Shown: positions 1 to 13,191, counted from the stretch's first letter. The stretch is 64,000 nucleotides of DNA from Vicugna vicugna (GCA_013265495.1 MU058451.1:1898167-1962166), one strand, 5' to 3'. Notes: generated by a model not told the origin, from the sequence alone. Translations and numbers: made by a program.

Positions 1-729
1 TCTGATGAGTTATAATGTGGAAATGAGTTTGATATGGTTTTTTCTCCTTGAAAATAGAAGTTTCAGGAAGGTAAGCACCTCGTGTCTTTGTTTTAGCCAT
101 ATTCCTACTATCTCACATGATGTCTGACAGTTAATAGGCTCTCAATATTGCTATGTCCCTACTACCTAAAAGAAGGTGAGAGTAAGGTAACAGAGAGAGA
201 AAATATCAGAGGCAGAAAGAGTGGGAGGGCAACACAGGCTCAATGGTCAGCAAGAGCCACGTCGGTACAGGACTCTGCAGTTGACTGTCTTTATGTACAT
301 GAAATCATTTAATGCAGACTCCACCCTGCATCATCCTTCTTACTGGACAGAGGAAGACATCGAGCCTGCACATGGTAGAGCTGAGGCTGAATTGGTGCTC
401 TAGCTTGAAGTCTTCTGCTCTGCTGGCTTCTGCCCCATATAGCAAACATGAACCTTGTTCTCTGACACACCTTGGGCAATAGACACTTGAACCAATGGGT
501 TTTCTGGTCCTTCTCTGAATTCCAAATGCATATATACAACCTCCTGTTGGGTAGATCACTCTGGATTGCCCAAGAGCAGCCTTTCCGAGACCAAACGCAC
601 CCTCTTCTCCCCATGCTTGCTCTGTTTCCGGAGTTTGCTGTCTTAGTGATCAACATCCTGGTCTTCCCAGCTGAGCAAGCAGGAAACCCCAGGACCCTCC
701 TCGAAGCTCCCTTTACTGAGTCTGTGAAA

Positions 730-1260
730 TCTGTCATCAGATCTGTTGATTTACTTCCTCACTGCCCCTCAAGTCTGACCCCACCTTCCCCACCACCATC
801 ACCTGTCCCAGCTACCCCTGCAGCCTTTCCTCCTTGCGTCCACTGGGGCCTTCTTCCAGCCTGCTCTCCACCTTGCAGGCAGAGTGATCTTCAAAACTGC
901 CAGTGATCCTGCCAGCTCCCTTCTTGAAACACTCGGATAGCTTCTCATTGCTCATACACTTAAGGTAAATCCCCACAAGACCCGCAGGGCCTGTTGTCTG
1001 CCTCCCTTCCCTGCTGTCCTCGCTGCATCAGCACAGGACCTCCATTCCCTCCCTAAAATGTGCAGTGCTCTCCTAACGCAGGCCTTTTGCCTGTGCTGTG
1101 ACTTCTGCTCAGAATTCTCTTTTTGCCCTTTTTGCCTGGCCAACACCTACTCGTTTTTCAGCAAGCCCCTCCGTAGTCTCTCCCTAAAGTCTGTGTCCTT
1201 GCTCAGATCATCAGGAAGCAATTGCTAACATTATGGCCTCCATGAAGGCAGAAGCTCTGA
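730..1260 (+). mobile_element. L2 LINE fragment
   Basis: Pyrimidine-rich stretch with L2 hallmarks such as 'gcagagtgatcttcaaaactgc...ccttcttgaaacactc...cttctcattgc'. Confidence 0.7.
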
Positions 1261-2293
1261 AATCCAGAGCCTGGGAAACCCCTGGGCTCTGCCTTCCCTT
1301 TGGTAGCCAGCTCTTCATTCAAGGGTCAGGTCCTCCTCTGCCTGATGATTAGGCCCCTGGCAAACACTCAAACCTCAGATACCAGTGGGGATTGCTTCCC
1401 CAGTCTCACAATCCAGCGGTCCAAAATGCGAAAGACTCGGGGTCATGGTCACGTTTTCCAGTCCATAATCAGTTGAACAAGGGCTCTTGAGGCGAACCAA
1501 GAAATGGTAGGATTTCCCAAGCCCGCTTTGGGGCGTTTGGTCACAGAACCTTCTGGAGCAGCTTTCTCTCCCTGGCAATTACATGGAGAGGCCAAAAGCC
1601 TTGGCTGTGACTTGTCAGAGCACCCCTTATATGCGTCTGTTACACCATGATCGCTCCCTGCATCTATTCACTTGGGCAGATTCAAAGGAATTCCTCACTG
1701 TCTGTCTGACCATGATTTTTGCATCTCGTGCCTCGGAAGTAATCCTTCTTTCCTCTTTCCTTTATTCAGGTTCTAAGGACCTTTTCCTTAAGGGTTAGAG
1801 CTTCACCTCTTCTGCTCCCAATTAGCCTCCTGCCCTTTTCTTTGCTCTACCTTCTTGTCACAGAGTAATGGCCATATTTCATAACCTTACTTGAGGATAT
1901 TGTGTGTCACTGTCTGCTTTGTATTTTTATTGTGTACTCACAGTTCCATAAATTAAATATGAGTGAGTGGTTATGGCCAAGAAAATCAATCTTTAAACAA
2001 ATTAATATTTTAATGCCAGTTGTATAGCTGTTTCTCCATTTAATGTGTGCCTTGGCTTAGAAATGGAGAACAGTGAATGTATCATTTTGGAAAAACTTAA
2101 ATCAAAGTGAAGGTAAAGCAAGCAAGCCAAATATGCCATAAGATTTTGAAACTGAACGTTGGAGGAGAACTAGTGCCTTAATTTGCGAGAGTTCAGATCT
2201 TTCAAGACAAACAGTGGCAACTTTATTCGGTTTCTTTCCCTGCCATTTCATTTTCATGGTATGGAAAGAAAAATGCAAATCACCATACCTGCC

Positions 2294-2483
2294 TATGGTT
2301 ACCAAATAAAATACAGGATGCCAAGTTAAATTTGAATTTCAGTTGAATAATAACATTTAGTATAATTTTGTCTCAAATATGGCATGGGACATACTCACAC
2401 TAATAAAAATTGTGTTTGTTGTGTATCTGAAATTCTGATTAACTAGGTGTCCTTTTTTTTTTTGGCTAAACTTGATAACCCTA
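2294..2483. mobile_element. MER53 palindromic hAT MITE
   Basis: Termini 'tatggttaccaaataaaatacaggatgcc' and 'ctaaacttgataacccta'; internal 'gttaaatttgaatttcag...ctgaaattctgattaac' match the recalled MER53 consensus. Confidence 0.85.
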
Positions 2484-2630
2484 CCATATAAAGCAGTTGT
2501 AAGAAATAAAAGCAATTTTCTGAGATAATATAAATGAAAGAATCTACCATAACACTCAACACACAGTAAGTTTCTCTTCCCCTTTATTAAGAAGTCACGG
2601 GTTATCATTCTGAAAAAAAAATATATTCTT

Positions 2631-2767
2631 CACTACTCAGCCATAAAAGTATAATAAAACAATGCCATTGGCAGGAACATGGATGGACCTGGAGAATCTC
2701 ATTCTAAGTGAAGTAAGCCAGAAAGAGAAAGAAAAATACCATGTGATATCACTTATATGTGGAATCT

Positions 2768-2798
<31 letters not shown>

Positions 2799-3105
2799 GG
2801 ACAAATGAACTTATTTATAAAACAGAAACAGACTCACAGACATAGAAAACAAACTTATGGTTACCAGTGGGGGAAAGGGGTAGGAAGGGATAAACTGGGA
2901 GTTCGAGATTTGCAGATACTAACTACTGTATATAAAATAAACAAGTATATGCTGTATAGCAAAGGGAGCTATATTCAATATCTTGTAGTAACCTACAGTA
3001 AAAAAGAATATGAAAATGAATGTATGTATGTATATGTATGACTGAACTATTATGCTCTACACCAGAAATTGATACCACATTGTAAACTAACTATACTTCA
3101 ATAAA
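2631..3105 (+). mobile_element. 5'-truncated L1 (ORF2 end plus 3' UTR), artiodactyl/camelid type
   Basis: 'tactcagccataaaa...catggatggacctggag...ctaagtgaagtaagccaga...tgtggaatctaaaa...ctatacttcaataaaa'. Confidence 0.92.
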
Positions 3106-3160
3106 AGAAAGAGAGAAAGAAAGAAAGAGAGAGAAAGAGAGAGAGAGAAAGAAAGAAGAC

Positions 3161-3235
<75 letters not shown>

Positions 3236-3320
3236 AAAAAGAAAGAGAGAGAAAGAGAGGGAGGGAGGGAGGAAGGAAGTAAGGAAGTAAGGAAGCAAGG
3301 GAGGAAGGAAAGAAAAGAAA
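3104..3320 (+). repeat. Compound (GAAA)n/(GA)n/(GGAA)n purine microsatellite in the L1 tail
   Basis: Directly visible; long perfect GAAA run at about 3162-3236. Confidence 0.97.
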
Positions 3321-3689
3321 TTCTTTATTATTCAGAGAAATAGTTTAGGTTTGAGAGCTTTAGCACCAAAGAAATGTTACTTTTCTTTTTCTTCTGTTAA
3401 CACTAGAGATGTCAAAATCACTTCCAAAAAATTGTTTTAAGATTTAGTTTCACTTAACACCTCTAGAAAATCAGTCCTTGAAGCAAATCATATTTCAGAT
3501 AAGAAAATTAAACTTTTGGTTGCATTGATGTTCCCCCCTCCCCACCAGATTATTCCAAAATTAAACTGTAAGCAAGAAATATTAAATATTTTAAAATTTT
3601 CACTTCTTCATTGTACCTCAGAACAGGGTATTTGTGGTGAATACATGCATTTTATCTTCTTTCTCTATCTAATAAAGGATATATCAATA

Positions 3690-4520
3690 ATTCTATGAAT
3701 TTATACCAAAGAAAGATTTTTATATTCACAGAGATATATGCCCAAGGATGTTTATCACAATATTCATACAGTAGAAGAAACTGAAAACAACTTAAATATC
3801 AGCTATGGACTCACTGCCCCAATTCATAGGTTGAAGCCCTAACTCCAAATGTGATGGTGGGGCCTTTGGGAACGAATATTAAATTTAGATGAGGTCAAGA
3901 GGCTGGGACCCTCATGACAGGATTAGTGGCCTTTTAAGAAGCGACACCAGAGTGTTTGCTTTCTATCTCTCCCTCCCTGCCCTGAGGATACAGCAAGAAG
4001 GCACCTGTGAACAAGTCAGAAATAGAGTCCTCATCAGAATGCTACCATACTGACACCCTGATCTCAAACTTCCAGCCCCAAACCTGTGAGAAACTCAATT
4101 TCTGCTGTTTAAGCCACACAATCTATGCTTTATTTTGTTACTTCAGCCCCCACAGAGTAAGACAATATTGAAGAATAGTATATTGGTCAAATAAAAGAAG
4201 CTGAATCCGTATGTCAATTACTGTGTGGTCATAATCATTCTTTAAAAGACTTGTATGGGAATATTTTCACTGTGTTTAAGTGAAAAGGGAGGCTAAAAAA
4301 ATAGTATTGAATGTGGTACCATTTTTTAAAACCAATATACATACCATATACACATTATATACAGATTTTTGAAAAATACGAGTCAGACACCAAAATATGA
4401 ATAAATAATTATCTCTGGGTGATTGAATTACAGGTTATTTTTCCCTTAATTTTTCTTTGTGCTCTGCTGTATTTTACAAATTCTGGGTTCTAAATATTTT
4501 TTGGTTTTGTGATTAGAAAA
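3690..4520 (+). mobile_element. Old L1M(E) 3' fragment, interrupted by MLT1A
   Basis: 'caaggatgtttatcacaatattc...aaactgaaaacaacttaaatatc' resumes after the LTR through 'atctctgggtgattgaattacagg'. Confidence 0.6.
3801..4164 (+). mobile_element. MLT1A-type MaLR solo LTR
   Basis: 'gctatggact...gttgaagccctaactccaaatgtgatgg...aatttctgctgtttaagccac...taagaca'; near-TSD atatc/atatt. Confidence 0.88.
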
Positions 4521-6269
4521 ATAAATTTAGAGTTTTTGTTTGTTTTTGAGGTTTTTTGTTTGTTTGTTTGTTAATGAGCTGATATCCACTTAGGGGGGTT
4601 GACATTGAAAATACAGATGTAGTTTCTTAGACCTGGAGTCTCTCCCATGATGGCTCAGAGGCCCCAGCTTTAGCCGGCAGCTTCTTACTGTACCAAGAGA
4701 TGGAGCTCAGAGATCCAGTAGCGTCATGAACCCCACCTAATGGAAATGCTCTCTGTTTTCTTTTCTCAGCTTTTTATCTCATCACTATTTCACTTGCCAA
4801 TTTTTCTGATACTTCTGCTCATTGGATGAAAAAACTAGTAAGCCAAAAAGAACCAGGAAATCTTTAACAAGTAGAAACAGAAAGATGTTTTAATGAGCTA
4901 AAGAGACCTTTAGAAAATGAAACGAAATGAGGAGAAATGTTTCAAACAGAAAATGAGTTGTTTCAAAGGTCTGACTTGGCTTCTCTACCCTTCCCTTTAG
5001 ACCAATTTTAAATCCCTTGTGCACTCACCCTTTTCCTTAATCGGTGCATGGTTTGAAAATGTGTCTTGCTATCAAATATTTTAACAATTACACTGCAAAC
5101 TCAGAAACAGGGGTATGTGCCTTATCTTCCTTTGGTTAGTACAGTCAGCTCATTAACCAAGACATTTTCCCCCACTTCTTTGTCTTCTTTTTGTCATATA
5201 GCTCATTATAATAGTACATCTGTGTGACTGTGCTGCACTGTTATAAATTGGAAGCATTTGTGTAGCTTACATTCAAAAGATTTCAGTCTCTTCATTTGCT
5301 GGGTGATCTCCAACCCTTAACATAGGCGAGGTCCTTTTATCCCGGCATCTCACTGGAAATAATGCAAAGTCTGTACCTCGTTAGCAAGGTTGAGGTTGAA
5401 ACCTTGCATGGGACAATTACCCTTGCCCTTTTGGTCACAAGCTATGAAGAGTGACCCTAAGCCTAGAGAAGTGCCTAAATTATAAAGACTGTGTGAAGTG
5501 GCTGGTGGCACACGAATCCTTAGCAGACTAAGTCACAAAGAAGACTGGGCCAGAAATCATTAACTACTACTTTTAAACACGTACGAAAGAACTTTGAAGA
5601 TGAGTTAGAACTATTATAAAAGGAGAGAATCAACATAATTCTTTAAGCAGCTATTTTAAAGCACAGTTTTATGGCATACACGTAAGTAATAATCTTAGCA
5701 ATACCTTCTTTGCATTTCTAGACTTTATTTAAATACCAAGATTATTTACCCCAAAATGCAAGGAAAACTAATTTGGGAAGCATGAAAAACAGGTCCAAAC
5801 TGCAGAAAGCAAAACATAGTCTCTTTCTTTGGGCGGTTGTAATTGTCCTTTTACCTGAAGCACGTCACAGCCGGGAAACCATGCGAAAGAATGGAGGTCA
5901 ACCCTTCTCTCCCAACTGCAGAGCTTCCAGAAGTGTCTTGTTCTCAGTCTGACTCTATTCTCCTGACATCTCTGCTCACTTTTTAAAGTGGGAAGGAGGA
6001 AGTAAACATTAATTCCACGTATCGTCAGCTAACTATTTGGGTGAAAAATCTATGTGATTTAGAATGCTTTCATTTGTCCTGGTAATGTGATACTCAGTTA
6101 TTCTTCACGAAATGTCATAAATGGCATTGCCCCCTGTTCCTGTTAATACTGCTGTATTTTCTGGTCTTGTTTCCTTGGTCTAATTCCCTGCTATACTAAT
6201 AATGTACTGTGTTTTAAGAGCTAGATAAATGAGCACTCATTCGGGACCAGTAGACAAAGACAAACACTT

Positions 6270-6635
6270 GATTGAACAAGCCCTCAGTGAACATCTATAT
6301 GGATTGCATTTCAAGCACTAAACTCCTCTAGAATACAGAACAGGCAACAGCCCCCTGGGTCTCCATAGTCTGGTGGGACCAGCAGAGGTGGACAGATGTC
6401 TGTGATATATAATGTGATACATGCTGTCATGGAGACATAAAAGAGCACTATGGGGAAATTAATTATACCTTAGTTAAGACCTTAATTATTCAGTTTTCCC
6501 CTCTAGGGTAAAGGGGAGGAACAATAACACAAGAGAAGTTACAGAAAAAAAGTAACAGTAAGCAAGGCCTGAAGTATCATGAGGAGTTTGCCAGACAGAG
6601 AGGGCAATGAAGAGCATTACAGGAAGAATAGCAAA
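6270..6635 (-). mobile_element. L2 fragment
   Basis: Degenerate reverse L2 3' end ('ctccatagtctggtggga...gtgatacatgctgtcatggag...agcattacaggaaga'). Confidence 0.5.
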
Positions 6636-7094
6636 CTGTCTATTTATACTCAATGTTATTCTTCAAAGAATTTTAGATGAATACCATTCCATTGGTCCAT
6701 TTTTTGTTTTTAATTTGCAGGTGTTCCTTGGGGCGTCAGCTCCAGGATTCTAGACATAGAGGAACCTGAAGGCTAGCAAACTGACTCTTAAATGCAAACT
6801 AACAGGGCCTTTTCCTGCCCAGCCATGGGTTCTCCATGTGTTTCCACGGAGAAAGATGCTTCTGCAGTGAATTCCTGTCCTGTGAAGTCTCACTTGATAC
6901 TAGGATATTCTCTAAACACCTCCTCCCTTTTCAAATTTCTCAGGAAGAAGAATTTTTATTTTTCCTACAAAATAGCTGATAATGTTCAATGACTCCTCAG
7001 AATATTTGGATCTTAATGAGGGGCAAAGAATAAACTTTTTTTGTTTTTAAACGTTATTGGTATAGAGGATCACATCTTTGTGGTTTATCTATTT

Positions 7095-7475
7095 TTATTA
7101 TTATTTTTTATTGAAGTGTAGTCGGTTGACAATGTTAGTTTTGGTTGTACAGCTAAGCAGTTCAGTTATATACATACATACCTACTTATATGTATTTTCA
7201 GTTTCTTTTCCATCACAGCTCATTATAAGAAATTGAATATACTTCCCTGTGCTATACAGTAGGTCCCTGATGTTTACCTACTTCACATTCCCAAACTCCC
7301 AGTCTATCCCTCCCCACCTTCCCCTTGCTAACCACAGTTCGTTTTCTACGTCTGTCATTCTGTTTCTGGTTTGTAAATAAAATTTGAATGTGTATCTTTT
7401 CTTTTTAGGTTCCACATGTGAGCAACGTCGTATGATACTTGTCTCTGTCTGACTTCTTTCACTTAATATGACTGC
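7095..7475 (-). mobile_element. 5'-truncated L1 3' end
   Basis: 'ttttttattgaagtgtagtcggttgacaatgttag...ccctgtgctatacagtagg...taggttccacatgtgag'. Confidence 0.9.
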
Positions 7476-10161
7476 GGCCATTTCAATTTTTAGTAACCAA
7501 GGGGAGAGAAGTTTTGTGCTAGTTCTGTGGCTTTTGTTGTTTACTGATGCTGTTTAATCTCGAGTTCCTTTTTGATGCCTCTAGACATCATTCCCACGTA
7601 CGAGAGGCCCCCCATTCTGTCCACTTCTGCAGGAGACCCTGTACTTTACATTAGTAGCAAAACTTTCAGTTTCGCCTAGAAAGTGGGGGAGGAGTTGAGC
7701 TTATTTAGGGCTGGCTGGACTCCAAAGTACACTCATGGATTTGCTTCTGATACATTTCTCCTTCAGACTGTCCTTATTTTTCAAGCAGTCAACCACCATT
7801 CCAAACTTATTTCAGTACATTTTAAATTGGATGTCTAAAATAGCCTTGATGAAATCTAGATTAATTTGTATTAATTTCAAAGGAAATGTCAATTGAATAC
7901 TGAAACCATATTGAGAAAGAACAGAGTGTATAATGCTTATCTTAATGATTGATTAAGTTTTACCTCTTGTGGTTGGCCTTTTTAATCCAGCGAAGTCTTA
8001 CTGAGTGTATAATGAGGCAGTAACTCACGAACTAGTTCATTTGTCCTGGTTTCTTCACAATCAGTGTCACTTTTCCAGTTTTTCCCATCCAATGAGCAGT
8101 GAAATTTGAAGGAAAAAAGTAATTAGCTCTATATTCAACATTTTTACTTTCCACAGTGAATTCTCCAAAAATAAAATGGCAGAGTTAAATCATCTACATA
8201 AAATACAGTATGTGGAGACAGAAAAATATAGTATATCTTTTTTTTAAAAAATCAGAATTAGGAGGTATAACCAAGCTCAAGGTTGAACTTCTAAAGACCA
8301 GCCAACTTAGCCTGTTTCTTAAAAGCTTATTATCAAGAAATCACTCAGATAACTCTCATCAAAACAAAGTACTTTGGAGTATAAATGATTTGGAAATTTC
8401 ATACCAAGAGAGGATGTTCTCTTTTACAAAAATAATGATGCCAGATATAGCTTTCCTGGCCAGGAAGCCAAATTTCCCAGCCACATTTCTGACCAGGAAG
8501 CCTTCTCCCCATCGCCTCCCTTCTGTTGTGTGTCATCCTAATTACTAGGAAATGGCTACTGGAAGTGAGATGTGGAATCTCTGGCAATTCTGGTACAATG
8601 ATCAGAAGCCCTAGGTCTGCAAGGATGGGCTGGATGGAAGGATGAATGACAGGGAAAAGAGATAGAGGAAAACATCTTGCATCGTACCTGCATCATCCTA
8701 CCTTTTCAGAGAATGAAATATTTCCCTTGCAAAAAAAAAATCATCATACATGGATATCAATGATGAATTGTTCACTTAAGAGTAGCATACAATAAAATGC
8801 ACTGCAGACAAAAATCCATATTGGGCAGAATTTAATTTTCATGTTAGTGTTTCAAAAGGCTTTTCGGAATCTTGAAATCCTCATTGTAAATGTCAGTCGT
8901 CATTGTGTGTTAAACATGAAAGGACCTGCCAAGAGAGTTTGCCTGTTAACCAAGCATTACTATGTTTGTAAGAATACGTCACAAACAAGAAGATAGATGC
9001 TTCCTTATAAGAGGTACCACTTTAGGAGCTGATTTGAGCATGGCCACTGGCTCATGGGTAGATATTGTGAGGCAGTGTGGTGTTCCCTCTCAAGTGTGAG
9101 GCAGTTTGGGTGTAAACACATCATTTAACCTTCCTCAGCCTCTGTTGGCTCCCATGGGGTGTTAAGGTCTCCTCCTCTTAGGACAACTGTGAGAAGTGAG
9201 CTAAGGAGAGGAGAGGAAAACACATCATAAATCAATAGATATTTAACAGAAGAGCAATAGTACTTCTCACAGTGTCCTATGTTTGAACAGGTAATTGATT
9301 CTAGAAACTGGCTCTTTGATGTCATGCCTGGAAAGCTGGATCCCTGCCATGGCGATCTTGTCATTCTGGGGCCACTGGCTCGCTAGAAACCAGCTGCCTT
9401 GGGACAGCCTCTGCTGAAGTCACATGGCGTCTGGTAGCACATATGAGTCTAGTTAGTTCATCTTTGCAGAATGGAAGATGTTTTCACACAGATGGACTTG
9501 AGTTCTCTGCTGAGTCTTCTTCCGCTTTGGATCCCAAGAGGATGTGTCGGTCGGAAGTCACTGCAGCCGTGTGCATAGAGTTGATTCTGTGCAGTACAGG
9601 GTGTTTTATTTTCCACGGAAGATGTTTTCTTCTATTCTGTTGGAAGTGGCTTCTTTACACGATCCCACAGTTGTCTATTCAGGGGCAGTTTACTATGAGT
9701 TAAGCAGCAGGTATTTAGGTGGTAGGTGCTACTCCTTGGCCAGCACCTGTGAACACTGCGGTCTATCGCTCTATCCGCTCGGACTCCAGACTTCCCAGGT
9801 GAGGGAAGTGAGGCAGAGCTTGCTTTGTGTTACAAGCTGTGGTCATACAGCCAGTCGTCACTCAGACCCAACTCCACTGCTGGGAGGCAGCCCACAGGCT
9901 TCTAGGAAACACTTGGCAACATCCTGCTGGTCACTCTCTACCCTTTGGACGTTTAGACATTACTAGACAGTGTGACTAATAGAACTGAGATGACTACTAG
10001 AGAGACAGATTTTTTTTTCAAAAGATTTTTGACTACAGGACTGATTAGCTAACACAGTACTTAGAACCTCTCACCAGACCCATATTTACAGTGAGTGTAA
10101 TGTTGAAGGTGGTGAGTCTGTGAACTTGGACAGTGAAATGGCGTACATAAGAGTGACTTCC

Positions 10162-10213
10162 AAAAAAAAAAAAAGAAAGAAAACAGAAATACAAAGAGAA
10201 TAAGAAAAAAAAA
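10162..10213 (+). mobile_element. Poly(A)-only retrotransposition scar
   Basis: A-rich tract flanked by a perfect 15-bp direct repeat ataagagtgacttcc (10147-10161, 10214-10228). Confidence 0.75.
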
Positions 10214-10631
10214 ATAAGAGTGACTTCCTTCTATTGACTGTTTTCTCAACCATGCTTGAGATTAGTATTAAACATAGGAATGCTGTTAAAAATAAGACAT
10301 GTAACTACATTTTGTACCTGCCTAAGGCTGGTTTGACTACCCATCCTAGGAGCGAAGACAGTATTCAGTGTGATGTCCTGTTATAGGTGGTATCACTCTG
10401 CACCATTACCTACCTGTGACTTCTATGTCTCCCCAGCTAGAAAGGAAGCACTTTGAGACAGTAATTGTATCTTTGTATCTCCAGCACACAGCACTGGGCC
10501 TGGTGTGTTGAAAGCAGTGAAGAAATAATAGAACAGATAAATACATGAATAAGTAAATTAATCTGTAAGAGAAAGAACAGGGAGGGAGAAACAGAGAGAA
10601 AGGGATAGAAAAAGGAAGAAAAGAAGGGAGG

Positions 10632-10786
10632 TATAAATGACAGGGTCCTACTGTGTAGCACAAGGATCTTTATTCAATACCTTGTAATAGCCGATAATGA
10701 AAAAGATTTATAGATGAATCACTATGTTGTACACCAGAAATTAACACTACCTTGTAAATTGACTATATTTCAATAAAAACAGAAAG
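10632..10786 (+). mobile_element. Short L1 3' tip with TSD
   Basis: 'gtcctactgtgtagcacaagg...gactatatttcaataaaaa'; 12-bp TSD aaagaagggagg (10620-10631, 10787-10798). Confidence 0.9.
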
Positions 10787-11087
10787 AAAGAAGGGAGGCT
10801 CTGCAAATGCTAAAGTTACGGTTACTGAGCATGGACAGATGTTATAGCAAGAGCTAAAAACTCCATCACTTTTCAGCCATGTATTATCGTGGTGTATTCC
10901 AAGTTTTAACAAAACTGCATCACTTTATTTCTTTACTTTTCACCTATATTTTCTTTTTTTAAATTCAAGTCAGCCAGACTCAAGATTCTGGTTTTGAGAT
11001 GGGGGTGCGGGACGTAGGGCACATTGGCAGATCCCCTAAGAGGGCACTAACTTGGGTGTGTGGTGAGTTTACTGTTCTTGACCAAAC

Positions 11088-11295
11088 AGGCAGCAGAGCA
11101 CAATGGCTGAAAGCAGGGCTCTGTCTTCTGATACCAGAATCTGCTCTACCCCTCATTAAGCATGTGCCCTTGAACGAGTTCTTTACTTGAGCCCTCTTTT
11201 CCTCATGGGGCTGTTGAAAGACTCAAGAAGTCGTGTATTAAAGCATTCGGTACAGTGTCCGGCACCTTGTACACACGTTCTAAATGTTAGCACTA
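11088..11295 (+). mobile_element. MIR SINE
   Basis: 'gcatgtgcccttgaacgagttc...ttcctcat...tattaaagcattcggtacagtgtccggcac...taaatgttagc'. Confidence 0.75.
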
Positions 11296-13191
11296 AAAAA
11301 CCATCCTTTCCCAGGAAGGCTGTTGTTAGAACAGCGAGGAGGAGGCGGGGGGTGGGGGAGGAAAAGGAGGAGAAAGAGGACCGAGGGAGGAGGGATGTTC
11401 TGAGCCAACAGCTTCACGCTGCAGCTTCCGATGTAGCCCCTGCCTCTGGTGTTGATGACTCTAACGCGCCTGCTAGGAGCACAGAACGCACCATAGAAAT
11501 CATCGTTTAAGGAGCTGGATGGGGGGAGGGAGCCAGGGTGGTTGGAGGGGGAAGCCTGACATTGAAGTGAACTAAATCTGTGCAAGTGGCTATTTTTGTC
11601 AGCCCAGCCACAGTGGGTGTGTGTTCGGGAGTCTACTTCTTGATCCAGCTCTTTTTAGAGTGGCTGGTTTTTCTTAAAGGCGACTCTTCCTCCATCCTTT
11701 CCCAGGCTGCTGAGCTGCTCTGGAAGACGGCTTGCAGAGTATTTATCATCTGCAATCTGGAATAGACAACGTTTAGATTAGTAATTAACTACTCCTTTAA
11801 GATGTAAAAACAGTCTCATTATCAACCATAGCCTGGATTCAGCATAATGGTATTTTATCTATCAAGACTGCAAACAGCATTACCATTTCAAAAGTGCTTT
11901 AGATTGACAACAAAGGCAGCTTTAGTGAACGTTCGTGCTCACATCGGTGCACCACAGAAGCCTGTCCTCTTTGTTCTTAGGATGAAACCTTGATTTCGAC
12001 CGTTTCTAGACGTTTTCCCGTTGTTATCAGACTGGTTCAACTCGAGTCCCCTGCTCCCAAAGAGCGTTTATATGAAGTTACAAACTGATGCAAAAGTAGG
12101 ACGTCTGTGTCATTTGGCGCTTTGAAAATATTTTTTTAAAGAATTGTCGGAACATGTCCTACCTGTTGGCCTACCCTGAAAAGTTATTTTTAAGAGTCTG
12201 GATGCGACTATTATCATTCCAACACCTGAGCCACAGACTCCATAGCACGATGCCAATGCATATATCCGCGTGTGACCCTGGAAGAAGAAAGCTGAATGAG
12301 ACTCATTGCCATCACCTCCGAGTCTTCAGTACCAAGTGTCCAGACTGAGACGGTGACCTCTTTAGAGAGGAAATCAGCATCAGCGTGCTGGGGTGTGCTC
12401 TAGGGGGTCATCTGGCTGAGTGGTGTGGGCAGTATCTCACAGTAACACGGAAAATTTTCAGTGGTTTCAGATAAAGGACAGCCGTTTCAGAAAAATGTGG
12501 ACTTTTTATTTGTCCCTTATTCTCCCCCCTAGAGCCAGGCAGGTGGGCCACTAGCAGGCTTGTGCTAATGAATTAGGCAGCTTACACTGTACAAAGTGCA
12601 TTTTCATAACTATGAACAAAGCAGGCTGCGGGGGAAATTTGATAGGTGGCTTCCACTCAAAAGACAAGATGCATTTATCTGAAGGCAATTCAGTGGTTTT
12701 TAATGGACAGCAGGGCCCCTTTGTCTCTTTGTCACAATCTTCCTGTGAACATCACCATGATTCATAGTCAAATTATAGTCACTTTCTACCACCCTAGCTA
12801 TTTAAATCACAGACTCTCCAATTTACGAACTTCACGATTTTAAATAGCACCCAGGAGCACAGTTCCATTTTTTTAACACAATATTTTGAATTTGCACAAA
12901 TAAGAATCGGTCACCAGGAGGTGACTTTTTGATTATTTCTTGTGCTTTGCTATAGAAAAGTGTTGGGGCTTTTACAAAGTAGTTTGATGATAAACAGTTG
13001 GAATCGCAGTCATTTCCCAGCAAGGCTTATTATTTCACTCATGAAAGTCATTGTGTATCTTACCAAAAAAAAAAAGGTAATAATTTCTCATTTCCCTCAA
13101 GCATCTGCACATCAGCCCTGATGCTCAGCCTGGGTAAAGGTCTCCAACGCATAAAAAAGATGAAGCCATAAGGTAACAAGTTATTGTCAGC

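Noticed and set aside
3098..3298. Hydrophobic (FFLS)n ORF resembling a membrane peptide
   Set aside because: It is the translation of the (GAAA)n microsatellite
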